NCBI GenBank assembly: GCA_013265495.1
Contig: MU058198.1
Span: 4,603,779 to 4,667,778 of the forward strand
DNA: 64,000 bases
From: Vicugna vicugna
Taxonomy: Eukaryota
Reading direction: 5' to 3'
Made by a program: the position numbers and the translations under genes. Within the stretch, counting starts at the first letter, position 1; each line of letters starts with the position of its first letter. The notes under the pieces were generated by a model. The model was given only the letters and a program-made list of their open reading frames with translations, was not told the origin of the DNA and did not search any database. This document shows positions 11,605 to 23,643 of the stretch, piece after piece.

Positions 11605-11950
11605 TGTATTAGACAGAGTCTCAACAGGAAAACGACATACTCAGAATAAGATTATTCAAGGAGACCTTATTTACAGATGTCTGGATGAAGGGGAACCACA
11701 CAAGGCAGTGCAGTCATCTGGGCTAGTCTCAGCTGATTTATCACTCCGAGTGTCCTAGGGACACGTGGAAGGAGGCAGAACGGTGTAGAGCGAGTCACTG
11801 TTGCTGTGTTGATCTTTCAGGGCATCAGCTGCCCAAAGGTGACCTCAGAGGGCAGGGCCCAGCTGATAAATGACGTGACCTCACTGTTGATCCTCTCTCT
11901 TGACTTCTTAGCAGGAGTCCTCTTTGGCAGAACTTACTCCTAAAGCTGAG
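11605..11950 (-). mobile_element. ERVL LTR (LTR33-like)
   Basis: tgtattagacagagtctcaacaggaaaac...ggaaccacacaaggcagtgcagtcatctgggctag. Confidence 0.6.
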
Positions 11951-11971
11951 GGCATGGAGTTGGGGGAGGGG

Positions 11972-12150
11972 CGGCCTGGGATTAGGGCAACGAGGCAATT
12001 GAGGCATCAAGGGATCGACATTTAAGGAAGCCCTCACTCTCAGAGCTGTGCAAGCACAGGGTGGGGCTTGGAGCATTTAGCCCTGAGAGTGAGGGCGTCC
12101 TTAAGTTCTGCACCTTCACCGCCTCCCTCTCCTCACCCTTGTACAGCCTA
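11972..12150. mobile_element. MER96-like palindromic hAT MITE
   Basis: Inverted arms ttaaggaagccctcactctcag ... ctgagagtgagggcgtccttaa. Confidence 0.8.
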
Positions 12151-12312
12151 GGGCAGGGGCATCTGTAATGAGGTCAATACAGCTTGGCCTTTTGTGGTCA
12201 CGATGAGGTGGAATAGGGAAAGGAAGAGCCAGAGGAGCACGTAGAAGAAATCCAGCACAGGAAAGAAGTTCAAGATTCTAAGATAAACTTTTTTTCATTC
12301 CATCACATTCGC

Positions 12313-12613
12313 TGTAAAAAATACACAGGAACCTCAATCAAATAGAGCCAAGAGACCAGCAGGGGGAGCTCTCACACCCTGTGATGATCTCAGAGCCCAC
12401 CAGGAAGATGAGAACCCCTTTCCTGGCAAGGACTTGGCAACCACAGCACTCCCCACTTCCTTTCCCCCCTGTCCTAGGCTCCCCTTCACCTGCCCTGTAG
12501 GGACCTGCACGGGCTCACTATGGTGGCAGACCCTGAACTGCAGTCCTGCTGGTCCAGGATAAACCCACCTCTGCAGGAGAAATATCTGGCAGTCTGTTTG
12601 TTTCAGCTCAACA
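12313..12613 (+). mobile_element. ERV1-class solo LTR
   Basis: TG...CA termini, 3' gataaacccacctctgcaggagaaatatctggcagtctg...caaca, 4-bp near-TSD tcgc/tcac. Confidence 0.8.
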
Positions 12614-13313
12614 TCACCTACTTCTGAGACTGTGTCTACGAACCTCAATTGGAGAGAAAGTCAAAAGTCTAAATATGAGACATTCATGACACCCCATTTT
12701 CATCCTGTGATGAGCCTGGATTGTCCTCAGTCACTTGTGGGAAAGTAAGCTGCTTCCCTCTAGGGGCACAGGCCAGAGAGGTAAGCGTGAGTCCCCGCGG
12801 AGCGCCTCCGTCTGGCTTGTATTTGGTCCTCTCAAGCACCCTGGCCTTTCCCCATCCTTGGGTGGCTTTCAGGGCACACTCATCTTCATCTCTCAGCCCA
12901 CTTCACTCACTGGCTCTCCCACTGGCTTTAGCTCCTGCTGCTTCAACCATGCTTTGCCACCGAGCTGTTGCAGACAATTAGCTTTACCTTCAGGTATCAG
13001 CTGGGGCAAGAACCTTAACTCTCCCAATGAACCGCTTTCTGGCCTCTGTCTTTTGCCTGACCCGCCCTCCGCAGCTCATCTGCATGATGAGTTCTTCTGG
13101 TGGCCTTTGTCCTACCACCGGTCTGCATGCCCCGCCTTCTGCTGTTTGGACACCTGAGTCTCAGCTAGGTCCTGGCAATAACTGGGCCGCTCTCCCATTC
13201 TTACTATCCCGTTTCATTATTATGCTCCTGTAATATATTTTAATTATCTGGTAGAACTGGTGGTTGATCTCCTGTCAGATTTCTTTTTAAAATATTCTTC
13301 AAGATTAACTTTT

Positions 13314-13804
13314 AAAATAAATTTTATACAATTTTTAAAGGTTACTTTCCACTTACAGTTATTATAAAATATTGGCTGTATTCCTGTATTGTACAGTACA
13401 TTTTTGAGCCTGTCTTATGCCCAGTAGCTTGTACTGCCCACTCCCCCCAGGTGACTACCCCATTTGTAACCACTAGTTTGTTCTGTGTATCTGTGCGTCT
13501 GCTTCTTTTTGTTATATTCATTAGTTTGTTGTATTTTTTAGATCCCACATATAAGTGTTATCATACAATATTTATCTTTGTCTGTCTGACTTATTTCACT
13601 TAGCATAATGCCCTCCAAGTCCATCCATGTTGCTACAAATGGCAAAAATTTTGTTCTTTTTATGGCTGAGTAGTATTCCATTGTGTGTATTTACATATGT
13701 GTATATGTGTGTATATATATACATGTGATATATATATATATATATATATACACCACATCTTCTTTATCCATTCATCAGTTGATGGACACTTAGGTTGCTT
13801 CCAT
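13314..13804 (-). mobile_element. 5'-truncated artiodactyl L1 3' end
   Basis: ctgacttatttcacttagcataatg...gatggacacttaggttgcttccat; TSD ttcaagattaactttt (13298-13313) / ttcaaattaactttt (13805-13819), followed by AA. Confidence 0.93.
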
Positions 13805-13914
13805 TTCAAATTAACTTTTAACCTTTTTATGACATTCTACAGTAAGAGAGAAATCTCACCAGGATGTGACTTGGCTATTACTTGGATTTGAAAGACAATA
13901 TGTGAGATTTCTTA

Positions 13915-14060
13915 AGGGTGTAGTACCAGACTTAATCTAGCCCTCCTACTAACTGGCTGTTTCACTTTATTCAAGTTACTTAACATCTCTGAGCATCAAT
14001 TCTCTCCCTTTAAAAACAAAAATGAAATATACCTGTTGGTGTAAGAGCTGTAAGGATAAT
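13915..14060 (+). mobile_element. MIR SINE
   Basis: caagttacttaacatctctgagcatcaatt core. Confidence 0.7.
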
Positions 14061-14404
14061 CATTACATTGTCTCTATACATTTATTTGTCGTGAACTTAT
14101 ATTTTTACAAGCTTTTTAGTTTTCTTATCCACGGTTATGATCTGTAGCTACACTTAATAAGATTTTAAAACACATAACCAGAAATGGAGTTTTATAAATA
14201 GCATTTTTTAGGGGGATAACATTTATTCATGTATTTGTTTTTATTTGGTTGAAGTTATTTTTAAATAGGATTTCCTTTTTTTTCATATTTTTCTAGCAGT
14301 GAGTGGTACTGTGATTTATTTTTATATACTTACTTGCATCTGTCCTTTTTGTTCCTTTAAAAAAATTGCATACATTTTGTTTAGTTACAAATTAATTAAC
14401 CTAT

Positions 14405-14988
14405 CAATAGCAAATAAGCATATGAAAAGATGCTCCACTTCCTAAGTTATCTGGGGAATGCAAATTTAAAAACACAATGATATATCATTACACACCTATT
14501 AGAGTGGCCAAAATCCAGAGCACTGACAGCACCAAGTGCTGACGAGGATGTGGAGCAACAGGAACTCTCATTCATTGCTGGTGGGAATACAAAATGGAAC
14601 AGCCACTTTGGAAGACAATTTGGTGGTTTCTTGCAAAACTAAACATACTCTTACCATGTGATCCAGCAAATCGCTCTCCTTGGTATTTACCCAGAGGAGG
14701 TGAAAATGTATGTCAACACAGAAACCTGGATTCAGATGTTCATAGCAGCTTTACTCATAATCGCCAAACCTTGAAAGCAACCAAGATGTACTTCAGTGGA
14801 TACATGGATAAACAAACTGTATTACATTCAGACAATGAAATCGTATTCAGTGATAAAATCAAATGAGCTGTCAGGCCACGGAAAGATAGAGCAGAACCTT
14901 AAATACGTATTACCGAATGAAAGAATTCAGTCTGAAAAGGCCATGATTCCATCTACATCATATTCTGGAAAAAGCAAAGTTATGGAGA
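14405..14988 (+). mobile_element. Old L1 (L1MC-like) ORF2 end/3'UTR, cut abruptly at ~14988
   Basis: gaggatgtggagcaacaggaactctcattcattgctggtgggaat...acagccactttggaagac. Confidence 0.9.
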
Positions 14989-15310
14989 GACCCGTCCCCG
15001 TCTCACTTTCTCTTTTGACACGTCACTGGGGGAATTCACAGACCACGAGGTGCCCCAGCTGTGTTTGGAGTTTGTCTGGCGGTGCCAGCTCTCGGCCCTC
15101 GGAGACCTTGGGGCCCACGGGACGCTGTAGTGCTTTCTGCAGTACTTGTTGCAGTACTTCTGCTGGGAAAACGCCATCAGTCCCGTGGTGCAGCCCCCGC
15201 CACCAGGAGAAGGAGGGAACCTGGTCCTTCCCAGTTATCTCTTTGGCCACGCAATCCAGGGTGAGCTTCTGGGTCACTCTGAGATAGTCTGGTTCTTTGC
15301 ATCCCAGCAA
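14989..15310 (+). pseudogene. Unidentified CpG-rich exon-like fragment (candidate exon 15042-15260 with one in-frame stop)
   Basis: 13 CpG in 14991-15252; ttcacag|A acceptor-like site and G|gtgagc donor-like site 219 nt apart; coding-like frame with a single TAG. Confidence 0.35.
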
Positions 15311-16062
15311 TAGATTATGGAGTGAACACCATTATTTGGCAATAAAGAGCATACAGCAGGGTGATACTGAAATGAAATGCAGCAAGTTAACAAGGAACAA
15401 AAATATGATGATAAATCAGTACAATTTATTTCAGACTGAACTTCACCAGATTTGCCAGTTATATTCATCTGATAAAAGTCTGATATGGGGCACCAAAATA
15501 TCCTTCACACCTAAAGTTAAAAATAGAAAATATAGCGACAAGTATATACAATTTGGCTTTTTATTTATTGAGAATAATGACTCAGCACACCTGCCAATGT
15601 GTTGTTTGTAGAGAAGTGCTTGCAAACATCAGCCGGAAACCTTTTCTTGCATCTTATCGTTTAGAACAATTATATGTTTGTTTTTTTTTAAAAAGCCAGC
15701 ACAAAATTTGTAATTCCAAACATCAGTTCATAACAGAAGTTTTTGTCATGTTTTGCCGCTTTGCAACAGGAAAATTCCGAAACCAACTCTTTTTTTTCTT
15801 TCATAAATAATTTAAAGTAAATCCGCCAGCTTTACATCACATGTTAAATGAGGACAAGTCAAAACGTGTCTTAATGTTATGAAGATTGTAGCATGATCTT
15901 TATAGCATGTCATTTAATAATATGGTCCTGTAAAGGAACATTTTTTTCAAAACAAAGTCACTTATTTATACATGCTGAAATGATTAAAAATCCCTATGGG
16001 TTTACAGTGTATACTTCTTTACAAGAGGAGTTCATGAGTCAAAAAGAGGTTGGAAAAAGCTG
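15311..16062 (+). mobile_element. hAT-Charlie/Buster DNA transposon remnant with N-terminal transposase fragment
   Basis: NRKYSDKYIQFGF then, frameshifted, CVVCREVLANISRKP (Buster-type BED finger region); terminus gaggttggaaaaagctg. Confidence 0.8.
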
Positions 16063-16074
16063 GTGTAACGGGAA

Positions 16075-16250
16075 TGCCTCCCCCATTTGTCAGCTCTTTG
16101 CAGTTGGGCAAATTACTTAAGCTTTCTGAAACTCCATTTTCCTCATCTTTAAAAAGAGGAAGCGACACCTACCTTGCAGGATTGTTTGAATGATTACAGA
16201 AAATGAAGTGCTTGGTACGGTGCAGGTTCTCATTAAGTGGTGGTTATTAT
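16075..16250 (+). mobile_element. MIR SINE
   Basis: ttgggcaaattacttaagctttctgaaactccattttcctcatct core. Confidence 0.8.
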
Positions 16251-16333
16251 TGTGGATTGACTCATTTAATCTATTTATTGAGCACCTACGATGTATCGGG
16301 CATAGGGTTATACACCTGAATTAAAATGGACGA

Positions 16334-16460
16334 GAAGGAATGTGAAAACAAATATATGTATGTTCCTATATGACTGAAGCACTGTGCTGTACACCAGAAG
16401 TTGACACAACATTGTAAACTGACTAGACTTCAATAAAAATACATTTAAAAAAATAAAATA
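16334..16460 (+). mobile_element. Short young L1 3' end
   Basis: tgactgaagcactgtgctgtacaccagaagttgacacaacattgtaaactgact...aataaa plus A-rich tail. Confidence 0.9.
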
Positions 16461-16589
16461 AGATGGGAAGAAATCTCAACATTCTAGTGCTAGATTAAGG
16501 ATTACAGCACTGTGTGAAGTAGGATCTTTGAGCATTGATTTCCACCTAATTGATTCAGAAAGTGAGATTTTCCTTATCTGCCTATTTTA

Positions 16590-16810
16590 ATACCAGTGAC
16601 TAATATACAGCGTGCTTCCTGTGTGCTTTGGGACTGTATTGAGTGCTCTGTCATTTAATGCTTATAACAAACCTATCAAGTATTCACTGTTATTATCATA
16701 ATACCCAGATGAAGAAACTGAAACCCACAGAGATGAATAAATAAGGGGCAGAGCCAGGCACTGACCCCTGGGGGTTTGGCTTCAGAGCCCACAGGTCTAA
16801 CCACTGCACA
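16590..16810 (-). mobile_element. MIR SINE
   Basis: cagatgaagaaactgaaacccacagag...ggcttcagagccc...taaccactgcac. Confidence 0.8.
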
Positions 16811-17689
16811 TTGGCAGGGTGGGGCAGGGCTGGGTATCTTAAAGGTTAAGAAAATTGATCCACAGAGTGAGGATTGTGAACCTGATTGAGTGGGGTTAAT
16901 CTGGTCCTTAAGACATGGCAGTGAGGTGAGGACGGGATGGAAGGCATTTGAGAAGGAAAGCAACACTGATGATGGTGTAATAGTACTTTAGGGGAAAGAC
17001 ACAGACAAATGACATCGAGGGAGTACACGTAGGAGGGCAGAGGAGACGAGGCTACTATTTGGAGAGTAACAGCAGGGCGGGCAAGGTGTTCACTGTGAGC
17101 AATAACAGACAGCATGCAGAACTTTTCCACAACAGTAACCTAGGGTATCACAAACACAATGGTACTCCCATCTCAATGCTGGAAATGTGATAGAGAGTTG
17201 GCGGGTACGGGTAAAATCAGAAGTGTTTTACCTGTGAGAATATTCTGGCATTAAAAAGTAATTCAGCAAGTTCCTCCTAAAGTGAGTCCTGCGGAAACCA
17301 TTGGTTTCTGCAGAAAATGGTGAATCAGATGGATCTGAATAGATGTACTACCATAATTCCTTGGAGAACAGGACCATGGCGTCTTAGAATCTCATCTGAA
17401 AAATTAAGGCGTTGTGTAGAAGGACCGGCCAAGAGTGGAAATGGGACCACCATCTAGACAAATAGGGGTGCCCTCTTAAAGGAGACTCATTTTAAAACTC
17501 AAAGGCTGAGAGACACAAGCATGGCAGACTTGTGTGTGGCGTGAGCTGGTCTTGGAGGGTCATGTTATTAGTATGACTGCAGGCACTTGAGTCAGGGTAT
17601 GTGGCCTCAGTGTTGGGGTCCTTGGTAGACTCCTCAGGTTAATGATGCTTCTGCAGCCATTGGGAGGAATGCATATCTATGAGGAACCT

Positions 17690-18110
17690 TTTGAAAGCCA
17701 CAGAAGCCCCAACTCAAACTGGTTTAAGTCCAAACAAAAACAAAAACAAAAGGATTTCTTGACTTACTGGGAAACTCCTTTGGGTCTACTAGTTTTTAGG
17801 CATGGCTGGATCCAGGGGTTTAGACAACATGGTCAGATCTTTTTCTGTCCTTCTCTCCCTTCTTTTCTTTTCCTTTCCTCTTTCTGGACTGTTTCAATTT
17901 TAGGCAGTTTCTTTCCAACTGGCTAGAAAATAGACATGTGTGGCTTCAGAATTACCTAGTCCTTACATCCTAAGATCTTGGAAGGAAGGAAAGCATATTC
18001 CTTTTCCAGCATCCCTGTGGGCTGTGATGGGTCCCAGGCCCTCCTTTGTTTGCTGTGTTTGGTGAGATAGAAGTGTTGATTGGAGAGGCTGGGCCCCAGT
18101 GTTCACCAGC
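17690..18110 (-). mobile_element. Old MaLR LTR (MLT1K/L-like)
   Basis: ccaactcaaactggtttaag...aggcatggctggatccagggg. Confidence 0.65.
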
Positions 18111-18198
18111 CCAGAGCTGGGGAGAGATCACCCTCCAGAGCCAGGCAGCCAGGAACTTGTGGATGTTGGGCTGAAATATGCCCTTGCTTCCTCTAAGC

Positions 18199-18336
18199 CA
18201 GTGTTACCCAAAGTGTGGTCTACGGACAACCGGTATCAGCATCACCTGGGAACCTGAAAACTTCTGGGCTCCAACCCAGACTCACTGAATCAGGGATCCA
18301 GGTGATTTTATATCTGCTGAAGTTTGAGAATCAGTC
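18199..18336. mobile_element. MER5-type hAT-Charlie MITE
   Basis: cagtgttacccaaagtgtggtc...cagcatcacctggga...actgaatcag...aagtttgagaatcag. Confidence 0.85.
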
Positions 18337-20269
18337 TTCCATGCATTTGGCAAGTCCCTTCCGCATTCTCTAGATCAGCTTTCTTCCTTCAGTTGTTTTG
18401 TGAAATGTGGTCAGAGCCCCAGGAAGGCATCACTCATATATCCTTGGATGAGACCTTTGACCCTGACCATCAAGTCAGCAAAGCCCCCAGCGGTCCTTCA
18501 TGCTGAAGACACCATCCACCCGAGAAGCATCCTGTACTAAATATTTTATCCTTTCATCTTGGTCGCAGAGAAAGAGCAAGGTTTTTTAGTATTCTTGTCT
18601 GGTAACAGATATCACTTAGAAATCCATTTTATAATCATTTAAACTGGTTTGCTTTGGGTCTATTTACATAATTCCGTGAGATGCATGGAAAGAGAGGCAG
18701 TGTGTTATTTTTCTGCAGCCAAATACACGGAAAAAACACTTTCTAAGGTAATTACCACTTCAGTGCTCCCCACACAGTCAGAGGGCAGCGTGGTGAAGTG
18801 TGCCTTCTGGGCCCAGGGCCACCGAAGTGTGGAAAGAACGTCCTTTCTCCCCAGGAAGGGAAACAACACACTGTATATGAAGCCTCTTTACTTACGAGCG
18901 TAATTTGCAGGAAGGTTGTGGAGCTGTGGCTTCCAGCACGTGGGGGGATCTCATCGTGGAACAAACAAGGCAGTTTTAAGACCTTTGAGGTATAGTGCCC
19001 AGGGGAGGGAGGGACCCTGACCTCCTGCCACCAGGACTGCAAATGCAAGACACTCTTGGGGAGGATTAAATCAGACTTTTATCTCCCAGTGGATGCCAGT
19101 GGGGACTTTTTAATGGGAAAGGTCCTTTGCTTCTTCAGACACCAGACGTGGTGGAGAAGTTTGTGTTTAAGTCACGGGAGGGCTTACACATGAGGATAGG
19201 GCACTGAGTTTTCTCAAGGAGTGGTGAGCGGAAGGTTCTCCTGAGTGACTCTGTCCTCCATCCCCTACGACTGTGTTTTCTGTATTCATTTAGGCTTTCA
19301 TGCTCCCCCCTCCTCCCTTTTTTGTTTTCCCACCATGCAGATTTTGTCATTTCTCTGGTGGTTTTCTAACTGGTCCTGCATAAAACCCAAGTTGTGGTAC
19401 CCTGTCCGCATTACGCTAGCATCTTGAACAATGCATGGATATCTGGCACGTTTGTTTTGCCCCTACGTTAGGCCAGGGGATGGTCAGGTACCAATGATCC
19501 AAAGATGAATGAGACCCTTTACCCTGACTTTCCCCTCAGGGAGCTCTAAGGATAGATGAATTTTAATGGCTGGTCTTCAAACTAAGGACTTAAAGGAGTT
19601 CTATGTTACTTTGCAGCTGAAGGAGGAGTTTGTAACCTGGAGCCCACGGACCCTCAAGGGACATATGGCTAGAATTGAGATATACAAAGGATGGGAAACA
19701 TGACCTCTTTATTGTGACTTACCTTTTGTTCCTGTGCCCATTCTTGGTGACCCTGTTTCTCTCTCTGGCTTGTATTCTATTTCCAAACAATGGTTCCTAA
19801 CGACGACGCATACAGATCAGCGAGGTGGTTCCCCGGGGCTTGCTTACATTAACTGTAGTGCTAGTTGCCGGGATGCTGGGCCTTTATCAAAATGCCATCC
19901 CACCTGACCACCCTCTTCTCACCACAAGTCCTGCATCCTAGCCTCTTACTAGCCCCTTCCTCCCATTTTCTGATCCAGTAAGTAATTCTACTTGCCTCTT
20001 GTTGGCTTATTTTTGCTTGTATCCTCAGGTCAGCATTGCCCATGAAGTGCTGAATGAAATTTTATCTCACAAGGCCATTGGCTCAGTAGCAACTCACTCT
20101 TGTGCTCCTGGCTGTCTGCTTGTTATTCAGGTCCATGCCCACTACAGTTTGGGGCACAGACCTCAATTGACCCTTCTGGACTAGCCCCAACTCCTGTTGC
20201 CTGACTTACAGAATCTGTCTTTTCATCTCTGTGCTGTTGCCACAAACCAGCTTTTCCTTTGGATCCGTG

Positions 20270-20430
20270 GAGAGGCACGCTGGGTTCACATCCTGGCTCT
20301 GCATCTTCCAAGCTGTGTCGCGTTGGCCTAATCACGTAACTTCTCCAAGTTTCGTTTTCCTAATCTGTAAAATGAGGGTACTCACAGTACCTACTTCCTG
20401 GGTTATATGGATTAAATGAGATAATACCTG
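20270..20430 (+). mobile_element. MIR SINE
   Basis: gggttcacatcctggctctgc...atctgtaaaatgagg...gattaaatgagataat. Confidence 0.88.
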
Positions 20431-21600
20431 GCCAGTCTTCACTATGTAGTAGATATTATTATTTGTATTTTTATTTATAATAATTATTGTTAATTTTATG
20501 TATCGTATTGTTAATGATTTGAGAATATTGGGCAAAATATTAATATATTAGTAACTGTAAGTTTTGTATTTGTGACATCCCACCAATTCTTACCTTTTTT
20601 GCTTCCTGTCTCAGGTTTGCGTTCTTTTCTGCTTGGTGGTCAGTGTCTTACAAACTGTTGTTTCGTATATTATGTCCATTTGTTGACTGTTTCAGGTAGA
20701 AGAGTAAATCTGGTTCTCATTCCATTTTGGCCGGAAGTGGAGGTTATACGCTTCTTCCCCCTCTTTGACTTAAAAAAAGTCTCAAAAGGTGTTTTCATTT
20801 CAGCTCTCATGGATGTACATCTTTCTTTTTCGATGGCTACTTCATATACCAAGGTTATAATGATACAGCCCATTGCTATTATTGGTTGAGCTCCTACTAT
20901 GTGCTAGATACTGTGTAGAGCACTTTACAGTTGGACAAAAATCCAGCTTGGACTTGGGTTGTGGCACTCAGATATCCAGGGATGGCAGATGATGCTAGGA
21001 ATCACAAGCACCAGGAGACTGGCAGCCAGGACAACATTAACTCATATTTGAAAGTCCCATGACTATGTGATGTATTCTCCTGGTGGTGGACACAGAGTAT
21101 TCTGTTTTGCTATTACAAACGAAACTAGACGCAACATTTTATGTACACATCTTTGTTCACGTGTGATCAATATCTGTCAGATAGTTCCGAGAAATGGAAT
21201 TTCTGGATCAAAGGGTGTGCATAATTCAAATTTTTGTTAGGGACTGCCAAATTGCCCTGTAATTATGTTGTGCCAATTCACCTTCTAGATAGCAATGTAT
21301 GAAGATTTGTTTCTGTAACCAACACTGGTTATTATTAATCTTTAAAATCTTTTCAATCTGATGGATCAAAATGATACCTTGATATTTTAATTTTGCATTT
21401 CACTGATAACATGGTAACATATTTCTGACAGATTGTATTCTTAAATTTCTGTTTGAAGTATTTGCCTATGTTTCACGTGGATTATTTGTCTCTTCTTCGT
21501 GACTTGTGGGAACCCTTCACATTCTACATCTTCATCTTTCCTCTGATTTCTCTATTGCAGTTATTTTTATTGCAATTATTTTCTAAGGCTCTTGCTTGTC

Positions 21601-21627
21601 TTTTTTTTTTTTTTTTTTTTTTTTTTT
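21601..21627. repeat. T27 homopolymer
   Basis: Read directly. Confidence 0.95.
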
Positions 21628-21840
21628 ATTACTTTCTCTTTAAGAAAACTTAAAATTTTATTTAGTGAAAACAATAAATCTTTCCTTATGGGCTCTGGGC
21701 CTTATGTTTTGCCTAAACACAAAGAAAGTCATCCTGGATTCCCAGATTATGAACATATTTTCCTGCTTTTTCACCTAGTGTCTTAATAGCTTTATTTTTC
21801 ATGCTGTACTTTTCTCTATCAGGGATCTATATTTATATGG

Positions 21841-21882
<42 letters not shown>
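21841..21882. repeat. (GT)10(GA)11 compound microsatellite
   Basis: Read directly. Confidence 0.95.
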
Positions 21883-21883
<1 letters not shown>

Positions 21884-22504
21884 GAGAATTTAAGGTTTTT
21901 CTCAGGAAGGTTGTCCCAATACCATGAATTGAGTGTTAAGTTTAACCTTAACCAGAACTGAATTCCTTTATATACATGGATCAGTTATGAGACACTATTG
22001 AATTGTACTGATTTTGTTCACCAATGTCAAGGGGTTTTAATGATTAGGGCTGTATGGCATATTTTGACATTTGGTTGGGTAGTCCCATATCAGTTGCCAC
22101 TCATTGTTCAAGCCAAGTGAGTTGGGCTTGTGTGAAGGTATAAAATTATGAAGGAACTTAATGCGATCAAGGTGCCATTAAACACCGCATTATTGCTATA
22201 GTATAAACTGTGAAGAAGTGAGGCTAGCGAACTGGGTAGATCATCCAGTCAGATATATCCCATGTTAAGGAGTTTGGAGGGTCACTGAAGGGTGAATCTT
22301 GGGGCTAAAATGGTTAACTTGTCTTTGTGGACAGTCACTTGGGCAAACAACGAGAGATTAGGCTTCAGGTCCTAGGTCTTGAGATTTAAATACAAGGAGG
22401 GGGAGAAAGGGATTAGGAAAGGCCTGAAGAAATCACAAATCAAAGCAAGCACAATATTATTGGCTACATTCTGCCATTCTGCACAGTACAGCAGTTTCCT
22501 CCAA

Positions 22505-22740
22505 GTAATAAATAATTAAAACGGCAACAATAGGATTAAACAGCACTGACTATAAGCATGAACTCTGCACCAGATCTGGTGCCAAGAACTTTATAATCAC
22601 AGTCTCAATCTCTGTAATGTTACTTTTAAGGTAAGAATTGTATTATTTACCCCCATTTCAATAACTACTGAGGTTCAAGGAAGTTAGTACAGTTAAATCG
22701 TGGGCTTGGGACCTAGATCTGTCTGATTCTGTCCTTAACT
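22505..22740 (-). mobile_element. MIR SINE
   Basis: ccccatttc...actgaggttcaagg...acctagatctgtctgattc. Confidence 0.7.
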
Positions 22741-23159
22741 CCTTCACTCTCTCATCTCTCCATTGCTAAGCAGCCTCGCGCCTGGGCATTTTTCAAACAT
22801 GTGTCGTAAAGATTTCACCCTCTGTCCTCTGTGGAAAAAAAAAATGAAAATAAATTGAAAATTCACCCGCTTGAAAGAAGCTGTGCACTTAAAAGTTTTT
22901 ACATTACAAGTCAGAGAAATGCCTGGTAGAAGAGATTAAAATCAGGTTTGCCAGCGAATTAAGGAAATCTCAGAGTATTAGCCAAAGTGGAAGGAAATTT
23001 TCCAAGACTGCTTGTGACTGAGGTATAAAGTCACATCCCATCCCATATGCCCTCTTCCTGGAGCCCCTCTGCCCCCCACCCACAGGGATGGAGTCCGGGG
23101 GCCATGCTGGAGCCGCACTCCTTCCCCCTGGCCACGCTGAACTACGGGGGGACACCTGA

Positions 23160-23643
23160 TCTTAAATGGAGCAGTGGTGTTCGATGGCCTAGTGATACTC
23201 TTCATCCCAAGAACTTGGACGTGGATTCAGAAATGTGATTTATTCTTTTGCTGGTCATTTTGAAACAAGAATATGCAAATTTGGGAGCTGTGGGGCAGCC
23301 GTATTTGGCCATTCACTCTCCAAAATCAGCCAAGGCTAGTCTGCCAGTGGGAATAAAGTGGATACATGGAAGCAGAGATTAAAGACCATCTGGCCTCAGA
23401 AAGGATGTGAGGAAAGGAGAGAAGAGAAAGGTAGGAAATGAGGGGGATGCAGGGGAGGGAAAGAGAGAGAAAGGGAGGGAGAGACTTGTTGCAGGGTCTC
23501 TGAGCACTTTCCAGCTCCTGTTTCCAGTCCCTTGTTGGGGGGTTTGGCCATACTCTCCAACCTTCTGTTCCAAACTGTGCTCCTTCATTATTTTCATTTC
23601 CCTTTGTTTTGGTTTGAGATAACAAAAAGAATCCTAATTAAGA
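23160..23643 (+). mobile_element. Old MaLR/ERVL LTR
   Basis: ggagctgtggggcagcc...; 3' end aacaaaaagaatcctaattaaga. Confidence 0.5.

Larger units (their letters stand above)
21050..22090 (-). mobile_element. Old L1 (L1ME-like) fragment
   Basis: gaaatggaatttctggatcaaaggg...actgccaaattgccct; T-rich decayed ORF2/3'UTR. Confidence 0.7.

Noticed and set aside
10324..13233. Cluster of 60-140 aa ORFs in GC-richer sequence
   Set aside because: They overlap on both strands, show no recognisable domains, and several lie within LTR or L2 sequence; consistent with chance.
15023..15310. SH3-like WWRG...GVFP motif in the minus-strand ORF, and RGS-like FLQYL...FCWEN on the plus strand
   Set aside because: Only short motif resemblances; other conserved domain residues are missing, so no gene or domain name is assigned.
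21601..21627. T27 as the tail of a retrocopy
   Set aside because: No TSD or distinct body; it lies in a T-rich old L1, so a homopolymer expansion is simpler.
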